DNA of 41,671 nucleotides from Veleropilina oligotropha (Eukaryota): NCBI GenBank assembly GCA_048128005.1, contig JBEUKZ010000130.1, positions 186,001 to 227,671 of the forward strand, read 5' to 3'. Shown piece by piece: positions 22,817 to 30,821 of this stretch (position 1 is its first letter; each line of letters starts with the position of its first letter). The notes under the pieces were generated by a model. It saw only the letters and a program-made list of their open reading frames with translations, ran no database searches and was not told where the DNA came from. The position numbers and the translations under genes were made by a program.

Positions 22817-23449
22817 CTATAGCACACTATAAGCAACGGGCTGATCAGTTTTCAACAGAAGCTTAGCGTGTCGTGTCTCGGCCAACAGCCGGCGAACCTC
22901 GGTCCGTTCATCCTGCGACGGGATTACATCGTTCTCGCGCAGACAGTCCTCGAAACTGTCGCGGTCCTTGCAATGGAACAGCGCGACCCAGCGGGTCTGC
23001 TCTCTGAGCTCCTTCAAGACCGAGTTGTACTTTTGCGTCACTACCCATACGCTCTGGGAAGCATGCCTGCCGCTGAAGGCCAACAAAGTCAGCATGTCCC
23101 TCCTCTTTGCCATAGCCTTGCTCGCGGCGCAGTCGTCGATGATATATAAAGTTGATTCCCCCTGAAACAGTCGGTAGAACCCCCGCAGCCAGTCATGGAG
23201 TCGCTCACCCGGGGGGACTAAATACACCTCAGGGTCGGTCCAGATCCACGGACAAGACTGGTATGCTTTGTTGTAATTGATCGTGGGGCAGAGGACCACG
23301 ATATGCCGGAAGACGCCTCGATACTCCCCTTCCAGCAGTTCAAGCATGAAAACCGTCTTCCCACAGCCCGTCTGGCCGCAGATGATTGCGGAGTGGGGGT
23401 CCTTGGTGTGCGGAAATCGTTTAGTACAGTGCTTCGACGAATCGGCCAT
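22817..23449 (-). CDS. A32/FtsK-like genome packaging ATPase
   Basis: Walker A IICGQTGCGKT, Walker B YIIDD, Arg-finger motif GRH followed by VVTQ. Confidence 0.92.
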   Translation of the reverse strand: MADSSKHCTKRFPHTKDPHSAIICGQTGCGKTVFMLELLEGEYRGVFRHIVVLCPTINYNKAYQSCPWIWTDPEVYLVPPGERLHDWLRGFYRLFQGESTLYIIDDCAASKAMAKRRDMLTLLAFSGRHASQSVWVVTQKYNSVLKELREQTRWVALFHCKDRDSFEDCLRENDVIPSQDERTEVRRLLAETRHAKLLLKTDQPVAYSVL

Positions 23450-24709
23450 TCTCGATATTCAGCTGTGCGTCCATGATCACGAACTCGTAGACGTTCAGTG
23501 GACCGGCCGCTTCGGCTGTTTTAGTGATCTGAATAGTAATGCCTTCGCTGGCGTTCTCGACCCTCCGGCCTGACCCGTGCAACTGATCGTCGTCAGTTAC
23601 CCGCATATCGATCCAGAGCGCAAATTTCTTAGTCAGAAATTCGCCCAGGGTGACGTCTGCCATCTCCAAGTCCTTTGCGACCATCGCGACCTCAGGATGC
23701 CGCTTGCTGCAGCCGGAGGCGAACATTTTCTTGGCTTCTTCCCAGATCTGGTATGTTCGCATGCCCTGGCTGTAGATTTGATTCGGGACACCCTCGATTG
23801 TGACCTCGACCTTTGTGATCTTCGGATTATAGAAGGCCTCAGTATCGCGAGAGAATGGCGCGGCGTCTCTCGCAGGGTCCTCGAACAACAGTAGTATTCC
23901 TTTCATCGACCTCGCCGGTACGTTCACATTCATATTCCACAACGAGTCGCTCTTGTCTAGGGTGAGCTTCCGATGCCGGAGAACACGGTCGTACAGGATT
24001 ACGAGTTGACCCTGGTATTGATTTCGAATCCGTCTGGCAAGCTCGGATTGGGTTACCATGTCATATTCGAGGGATATATTGTTGATGGAATAGCTGGAAC
24101 CGGAGTCTCCCGGATAGTCCGGGAGTAGTCGTTGAACGTTAGCTCATACTCGAGACGGTCTCCAAGGGCGCTTTGATAGAATGGCATGTGACTTTCCAAC
24201 AGCTCGAAATCCAGCGGGATGCGGAATCGGTTACCGTACGCGACCGCGACATCCTCAGACAGTCTAAAGGCGTCTGCCGCACCAACACGATGCTTCGTAG
24301 TGTTGTGCCCATCGCTGGTATCAATCCCCTGGTACTGGGCGTTCTTGCGCTCCCCGGTGGTCTTCCAGAGATCGCAGTAGCAGTGGTACACGTCGGAGTC
24401 GTCAATCGACATGATCTCGTTTCCACTTATCTTTATCGTGGTCTTTCTGATCACGGCACGGCCGATATTTTGCACTACAGTCCTATTCGCATTTACCGAG
24501 GTCAGTGAGATGGTAAATGCAAGGTGGGCAGTCCCTGGAACGATCACGTCATTCGCCCCGAGATTAGGGAACCGAACCAGGAGCTGCTGGTTCGGGGCAA
24601 TCGTTGATGGATTGTTTGTAATCGTGACCGACTGGCGGATGCCCTTGACTGCGAGGGGCTCACGCAGCCTGCGGTATGGATTAAGCTTGCGTCCGTATAC
24701 GCTAGTCAT
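23421..24709 (-). pseudogene. Putative double-jelly-roll major capsid protein, split by one frameshift near 24110
   Basis: ORFs 24053-24709 and 23421-24059 join by a frame change (YELTFNDYSRTI / GDSGSSYSINNISLEYDMVT) into ~430 aa; beta-rich, adjacent to the ATPase; MCP identity inferred from size and context. Confidence 0.65.
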
Positions 24710-24745
24710 GGCTGAATTAGATGCGTATCCCACTGATGTATTCAA

Positions 24746-26059
24746 ATGGCGGAATTCGAGAACCCCGCATTCGAGCCGGACGATCTCATCGACAACGATG
24801 ATACCATCATCGACGATACTGATGTGGATCTATCCACCGACCGGTTTATGCCTGTTCTTTCGGAACGGCCACAGGAAGGAACCAGCAGTCTTCAGCAAGA
24901 GCTCGTTCAGGGCGTGGTTGACGACTACTACAAAGCCCTGGCACAGGAGGGGCAGACCCCAGCCACGGGGCGAGATTATTCAAAATTCAAGTATGTGAGG
25001 GGAAAATTAGGGAGGGGGGGGAAATTGGTGATGACGGACTACCCCGACATCAATCTCATAAATTCTCGCACCGGCAACCCCTTGGCGTTGTCAACAATAG
25101 CTGGCCGGCCTGGTGGGGGTGATGCAATCCGTGAAGGGTTGGGTTTTGTACACTGGACGCGGGGGGGACAAAAGCCGTCCTCAAAAGCGGTTGCAGCTCT
25201 TCAGACAGCCGACAACGAGTTGAGCGGTGCGGCCGCTAATGTCGAAAACGTAGAACTGCGGGACTTGGGGCAGACTGCTACTGATGCCTCGGTAGCAATC
25301 CACACGATGGAGACGAAATTCACTGATACCGAGGTTGAAGAGATCTTAGGCACAATGGGGGACCCTCCATTAAATCTTCGCGAGCTTCGCGGACTTGACA
25401 AGGCGATGCAGACCATCCGAGGCGAACTAACCAACAATCTAGCCAAACTAACGGCGCTGGACGAACACATAGAGCTGGAGAAGATGAAGCTCGATCAGGC
25501 AGATGAAGAGGGCGGTGTGGATGAGTTCATCCGTCGACGGATCGCGGAACGTCTGCGCGACCTGAATGATGAAAGAGCAGCTCGCCTAGAGGCAGCATCA
25601 TCAAGCCGGGAGGCCCTTCGCTCTCAAATCAGCCGGATCCGAGAGATGATAAGTCGGATCCTGAACACCGACACAACGCTGGCCGAGCGTATCCGGACCC
25701 TGTTCCGCGAGCAAGGGGTTACGATCGCAACAATACTGACCGCTATCGGGCTCGCCATCTCGACTTTGGTACTAGCCCTGACAGGTGGAGCGCCGAGCAT
25801 ACCACCAACACCACCACCTCCCAGTGGTCAGGGCGGGGTCAAGGAGTGGGTCAAAAAGCAGCTGCAAAACCTGGGAAGGATTCTAGGCAAACTAGCAGGG
25901 AAGGCCGCAGCCGCGCTCCCAGGAATACTTGGAAGCCTGGTCTCCTGGCTAATCAACCTGATTGGCAAGACAGCATCGTGGCTCGCTGAAAACCTATGGG
26001 CACTGGTCATATCAGTTGGGGGCTTGCTTCTTATTGCCGCTAGACAGTGGGTCACGTAA
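24746..26059 (+). CDS. Coiled-coil protein with hydrophobic/amphipathic C-terminal helices (437 aa)
   Basis: Acidic N-terminus, long heptad region, TM-like IATILTAIGLAISTLVLAL, Pro linker, amphipathic helices and terminal TM. Confidence 0.85.
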   Translation: MAEFENPAFEPDDLIDNDDTIIDDTDVDLSTDRFMPVLSERPQEGTSSLQQELVQGVVDDYYKALAQEGQTPATGRDYSKFKYVRGKLGRGGKLVMTDYPDINLINSRTGNPLALSTIAGRPGGGDAIREGLGFVHWTRGGQKPSSKAVAALQTADNELSGAAANVENVELRDLGQTATDASVAIHTMETKFTDTEVEEILGTMGDPPLNLRELRGLDKAMQTIRGELTNNLAKLTALDEHIELEKMKLDQADEEGGVDEFIRRRIAERLRDLNDERAARLEAASSSREALRSQISRIREMISRILNTDTTLAERIRTLFREQGVTIATILTAIGLAISTLVLALTGGAPSIPPTPPPPSGQGGVKEWVKKQLQNLGRILGKLAGKAAAALPGILGSLVSWLINLIGKTASWLAENLWALVISVGGLLLIAARQWVT

Positions 26060-27347
26060 GCCAAATGAACGCTAGGCCAACGACAATGCCGCCCACGATA
26101 AGTGCGGTTTTATCCTCGTCATGTTTGGTTGCCCCAGCTGAAACAGCTGCCACTGGGGCCACAGCCGGCAGAGAGCCACGATGCTTCGGAGTGACCGCAT
26201 CTGCGGGTAAGACGGCGTCTTGTGGGATGACCAATCCTGTTTCTCCTGTCTCCCCAGTGGCGTTGTGCGGCACAGGATTGGCCGCGTTCACCGTAGTATT
26301 AAGACCTAGGGTCTGGGCTTCCGTGGCAACGACGATCTCATTGTTATAACCAGCCACCTGCCCGATCCGAAGGAGCATGTCACTTGGCGCCATGTAAAGG
26401 CCGACGCCGAATACGAAGTCTACTTTAGACCTGGCATACTGCAAAACGTCCTGGTACCGTTGGATCGCAGCAGGGAGGTCAACGGGGGATGCGATGGCGT
26501 CTTCCACGTTCGCCAGGAACTGTTTCTGCGCGTCAAATGCCGTCCCACTACCCAGAATACTTGCACGCGTTTGAGCCTGCGCTCCAAGAATAGCCCAGAC
26601 GTAGGTCCTGATGGAATCATTGAGCCTTTCCACGCCGGCCCTCGTGAATCCCACCGACCTGTCCAGAATAAAAGTAGCCCAACCGTTTTTAAGCGCAGGC
26701 GCTTGCGCGATGTAGTCCACGTGCAGATTCGTGTTGGTCGTACCTTTGGTGAAGGACATTCGGCTTGGATCATACTCACGTCCGATGGGGTGGTAGCCGT
26801 TGTTCGTCCAGTAGCTGTAAGCGGTGCCTAGTCCGCCGTTGGGACCCTTGACACGCCAGTCGGTATGTGGGGACACTCCGAATTCGCTGCAGATCTTTTC
26901 ATATGCCCTTCGGTCATACGGGGTGTCGAATGCATCCCACGTCCTGTCTTGTGGCAGCGGCGCCTGAATCTCGGTCAAGATCCTTCTGACCTGATAGTAG
27001 ACGTGGAAGGTGAATACAGCAGTGGAGAGGGGGGCTGCAGTAGCATTCAAGTGGTCTTCTGAGGAGATACCGGAACCTGTTGTGGCACACCATACTGCGA
27101 AGTTGACCTTGTTCTGCCAGAACCGCATCGGTGTGCTGTGCCAAGCCCTTATCAGCCCGTCACTAGCGACGTGAGGGAGGCGATACTTTTGAAATACGTC
27201 GGGGTAGTCTGCCCCGAATGCAGTGGTTGAGCTATTACCCACATTGATGCTTGGTCTCGTAAGCTGCTCATCTTTGATCTTTGCTGGGTACACCACACCG
27301 GTCGGATAGGCCGCACTCCTATTGAACACAAATGCGCTCTTAGCCAT
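26052..27347 (-). CDS. Hypothetical protein with C-terminal membrane anchor (431 aa)
   Basis: Long intact ORF from the ATG at 27347; terminal TALIVGGIVVGLAFIWLT. Confidence 0.85.
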   Translation of the reverse strand: MAKSAFVFNRSAAYPTGVVYPAKIKDEQLTRPSINVGNSSTTAFGADYPDVFQKYRLPHVASDGLIRAWHSTPMRFWQNKVNFAVWCATTGSGISSEDHLNATAAPLSTAVFTFHVYYQVRRILTEIQAPLPQDRTWDAFDTPYDRRAYEKICSEFGVSPHTDWRVKGPNGGLGTAYSYWTNNGYHPIGREYDPSRMSFTKGTTNTNLHVDYIAQAPALKNGWATFILDRSVGFTRAGVERLNDSIRTYVWAILGAQAQTRASILGSGTAFDAQKQFLANVEDAIASPVDLPAAIQRYQDVLQYARSKVDFVFGVGLYMAPSDMLLRIGQVAGYNNEIVVATEAQTLGLNTTVNAANPVPHNATGETGETGLVIPQDAVLPADAVTPKHRGSLPAVAPVAAVSAGATKHDEDKTALIVGGIVVGLAFIWLT

Positions 27348-27354
27348 AGCTACT

Positions 27355-28095
27355 ATGTTCCACACATTAACAAACGTTCAAGAGGGGACCGCGGTTGCCC
27401 TCCTGGAGCCGATTGATAACCGGGACGGCAAGCTATGTGTCAGCTTGCAGTCGCTCGACTATTGGGTAGGCTGGCACAACGTGCATGCCGGAGCCTTCTT
27501 TAAGACCCCGGATACCACGGTCGACGTGGCACCAGGTTTCTACAGCTTCGATGACCTCGCCAAGACGATGAAGAGGTCGCTAGTTAACCTACAACTAGAT
27601 GTAAGCCATGCTACAGGGCTCGCCCGAATCGTGGTCCCAGAGGGGACTCGACTCGCGATAAGCGACGATATACGAAAACTCCTCGGCTTAGACCTCTCTT
27701 CGTTTATTCTCGATAAAGCAGGGAATCTGAACCAACCGGTTCGGGGAGTACAGGGCCAACCACCTCCCCCTCCGGAGAGATCCGAGTGGCTACGCCCTGG
27801 GACTTATGACGGGAATAAGCCTGTCGGGTTTGCCATAGCGCCAACCCTGCACGTCCACCTGGAGCAGCTTAGTACAACGCACAATGTGAAGGACGGCGCC
27901 CCGAGCACTATTCTCGCGGTGGTCCCTATCACGTCGCAGATGTTCGGTGAAGCTGGCCACTATCATAGCTATCCCGCCGGCCGGCGACTACAGGCCGGGC
28001 TAATCACAGAGTTGAAGGTGTACGTCACAGACGCAGACAGTAACCCGATCGACAATCACGGCATGCCCATTACCGCAGTCCTTGCGATACAATGA
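27355..28095 (+). CDS. Putative minor capsid (penton, single jelly roll) protein (246 aa)
   Basis: PGFYS motif, STILAVVP and C-terminal ITELKVYVTDADSNPIDNHGMPITAVLAI typical of Polinton minor capsid proteins. Confidence 0.72.
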   Translation: MFHTLTNVQEGTAVALLEPIDNRDGKLCVSLQSLDYWVGWHNVHAGAFFKTPDTTVDVAPGFYSFDDLAKTMKRSLVNLQLDVSHATGLARIVVPEGTRLAISDDIRKLLGLDLSSFILDKAGNLNQPVRGVQGQPPPPPERSEWLRPGTYDGNKPVGFAIAPTLHVHLEQLSTTHNVKDGAPSTILAVVPITSQMFGEAGHYHSYPAGRRLQAGLITELKVYVTDADSNPIDNHGMPITAVLAIQ

Positions 28096-28454
28096 GCAGC
28101 AGCATCTATGGGACCCTGCGGGCAGATGAGCCCTCTTCCCCGACCCGGTGGAACTTTGTTCTTAATTGTGGAGAAGCACCCAAGAAGAAGGGACTGGCGA
28201 AGAGGGAGTTCCTTCTTCCCAATAATGGAGGCCGGTTTGGGTTGAACCCAGCCCTCCTAATGATTCACATGACGCCGGTCCAGCCCGCCGGGGGCCCCAA
28301 AGCATGTTCCATAAGTACGCTTGGCCTGAATTCGGACAGGCTGACCCTCGCCTTCGTCGTCAAGGCCCCGTGGGTTGGCACGATGTATTTGAACGTTTCC
28401 GTAACGGTAGACATTCGGAATCAACAGGCTGAACAATACAGCCACGAACAATGA
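28092..28454 (+). CDS. Hypothetical protein (120 aa)
   Basis: ATGA overlaps with both neighbouring genes. Confidence 0.7.
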   Translation: MSSSIYGTLRADEPSSPTRWNFVLNCGEAPKKKGLAKREFLLPNNGGRFGLNPALLMIHMTPVQPAGGPKACSISTLGLNSDRLTLAFVVKAPWVGTMYLNVSVTVDIRNQQAEQYSHEQ

Positions 28455-29083
28455 ACAACAAGCCCTCAGCGCCAACGCTGTACCCACAGCTTGGTGGCGA
28501 TGTGCCTTCGGAACTGCATGAGGCACAGTCTTTCCGACTACAGAAAGTGAATGAGCTTCAGGGACAGCTAGAGCGAGAACGGGATGCCCGGGCTGCACTA
28601 TATAAAAAGTACCGACGAGGTGTTAACGTCGTTGACGGTATAGATAACGGACTAGTCGTCGCCACACTTGGTATGGGTAGCGCTGGAATTGGTCTACTTT
28701 CCACGATCGTAGCCGCCCCGGTCGTCCTAGTGCTGGAATTAGCGGCATTAGGGTGTGGGCTCGCCAGTATGGGTGGGAAATATATCAGCCGGCGCCTCGG
28801 GGTGAAGGCTAAGAAACACGACGAGATTCGAGTCCTGGCCGACAGCAAGCTGAATACCATAACCGACCACGTCTCAAAGGCCTTATCAGATGGGGTGATG
28901 TCTGATGATGAATTCCAACTGGTCACAGGGGAGATGGAGAAATACCAAGCCATGAAGGCATCAATCCGGGATAAGAGTAGGAAGGCGCACACCGCGATTT
29001 CACAGACCCAAAGCGAGCTTATTGAGCGAGGTCGTTTAGAGGGTCGCGCAGAGCTGCTGAAAAAAATCGGAGCTGGCGACTAA
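28451..29083 (+). CDS. Hairpin membrane protein with N-terminal PSAP and LYPxL motifs (210 aa)
   Basis: MNNKPSAPTLYPQL; coiled coil, Gly/Ala-rich hydrophobic hairpin, helical C-domain. Confidence 0.85.
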   Translation: MNNKPSAPTLYPQLGGDVPSELHEAQSFRLQKVNELQGQLERERDARAALYKKYRRGVNVVDGIDNGLVVATLGMGSAGIGLLSTIVAAPVVLVLELAALGCGLASMGGKYISRRLGVKAKKHDEIRVLADSKLNTITDHVSKALSDGVMSDDEFQLVTGEMEKYQAMKASIRDKSRKAHTAISQTQSELIERGRLEGRAELLKKIGAGD

Positions 29084-29165
29084 CTATCCAGGTTGAGCGT
29101 AGCCACGACTACCCCGCTCCTCCCCCGTATTAAAGCTAGAAATCGACAGTGATATCTGGACAACC

Positions 29166-29597
29166 ATGAAATCCATGAAATCTATGCTACTGTGCATTGT
29201 CGCGGTGTGCTGGCTAGGGGGTGTTTCTACCCAGGCGTCGACACACAACACTGCATTAATTCTGGAACATACGTGGGCAAGGTACCGAAATCATCCCAGG
29301 TATAACGCCCGATTTGACCCCTTACGTAGAAACTTGCTTCTTCGCCCGGGTAGAGACCCCACCCCTGATGTCTCCCCACCGTCGTGCCACTATTTTATTA
29401 TCGGAGAAAATGACTGTAGCCCTGCCACACCCCGAGATACTGTCACATGTGTCCAGTGTTCGACCCCCTCGTTATGTCCTGGCAAAAATGGGGAGTATTA
29501 CACCATGCTGTCTGGCTGCTTCGGTATGTGGAGAAAAGTCGGACACATCTCACCCTGTAATTGTACTTTAATATCGGGCAACTATATATTCATATAA
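29166..29597 (+). CDS. Putative secreted cysteine-rich cargo protein (143 aa)
   Basis: Signal-peptide-like MKSMLLCIVAVCWLGGVSTQA; eight Cys in the C-terminal half. Confidence 0.65.
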   Translation: MKSMKSMLLCIVAVCWLGGVSTQASTHNTALILEHTWARYRNHPRYNARFDPLRRNLLLRPGRDPTPDVSPPSCHYFIIGENDCSPATPRDTVTCVQCSTPSLCPGKNGEYYTMLSGCFGMWRKVGHISPCNCTLISGNYIFI

Positions 29598-30300
29598 AAC
29601 AGCTGCTTAGGAAATCTCTTGCCTTACAATATGTCACAGCTGTTTATATAAATATTTTCCAGGTCGACGAGAGCGACCTTTGTCCGATTTATGAATGAAA
29701 TACCTCGCATCAATAAGTTACTAGTCGAACCTGGTCACGTGTAGTATTAATACAGCCTGCCGGCTGTCCATTGTTGACTATCCAGTACAGCCTCAATTAC
29801 TTAAAACCATGAAACAATAGACGCCTAGTGGATTTCTCAGTGGGTAAATATAAACGCTTGGCCTATCAAGCCATGTCTTTACAAGTATCTGGTCGCGCCT
29901 ACCGTTCCATTGTTCTCTCGCTGCTATCTCAGGCTGGCTGACCTAGATTTTGTCTAACGCATTTCTCATAGCAAAGAAGTCGCAAGCTGTCGTATAGGTA
30001 TTTAGCTGTTGGTGAAAAAGAAAAAAAAAAACCCTACTGGCACAGTTAAAAAATCTTGGTCCCCAAGATTCCGTTTGGCACAGAAAATAAAAATCGGTCC
30101 CCGTGTTTACGTGGTGGACAGTAATCCTGTCGAGTCATTCGTCACGTGGCAATGAGTTTCTAGAATAATCACAGATCGTCAACAAGTTATATATGGGAAT
30201 GTGGCAATAAACTGATCTAGAAGGCTGTAGAAGGCTGGAGGGGGATTAGTGATATGAGTTTCGGCCGAAATGTCCACAGGTAAGTGTTTTAATTTAATTT

Positions 30301-30514
30301 ACTATTCTAAGCTACCCTAGTTTGTACACACGGTAACTTTTTGTAATACAATCCCTACCCTGGGGTCTGGAAAGGGTGCTGGGAGCCTTAATTTCCCTCG
30401 CCGCGCCCCTAGTCTAACTCCCTAGTCCCCCTCAGTAATACCAGCTCAGTTCTGAAATGGTGCTGGGAGCCTTATTTTCCCATTCTAAAAAGTCTACTGA
30501 CCCCCCCTGCTGCT
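30301..30514 (-). repeat. Diverged internal tandem copy of the right TIR
   Basis: Collinear with 30609-30821, ending CCCCCCCTGCTGCT, with many substitutions. Confidence 0.9.
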
Positions 30515-30593
30515 GAGTTGAGATCCATATTAATTCTGAAAAGGTGCTGGGAGCCTTAATTTCCCTCGCCGCGCCCCCACATAAAAGGTATGG

Positions 30594-30821
30594 TCACCCC
30601 CCCTGCTCACTATTCTAAGCTACCCTAGTTTGTACACACGGTGACTTTTTGTAATACACGATATACCCTGGGGCTGAAAGGGTGCTGGGAGCCTCCACGG
30701 CGGCCGCCCCGCCCCTAGTCTATACCCCCTAGTTCCCACCAGTACAACCCTATCAGTTCTGAAATGGTGCTGGGCGCTGTATTTTCCCATTCTAAAAAGT
30801 ACACTCACCCCCCCTGCTGCT
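30594..30821 (-). repeat. Right terminal inverted repeat (228 bp)
   Basis: Ends CTCACCCCCCCTGCTGCT, followed by the TSD TAGCT. Confidence 0.96.

Larger units (their letters stand above)
14863..30821. mobile_element. Full-length endogenous Polinton/Maverick-like virus (~15.96 kb)
   Basis: TIRs with AG...CT ends, TAGCT TSD (14858-14862 / 30822-30826), rve integrase, packaging ATPase, capsid-like genes, polB/helicase fusion, intronless dense GC-rich ORFs. Confidence 0.95.
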
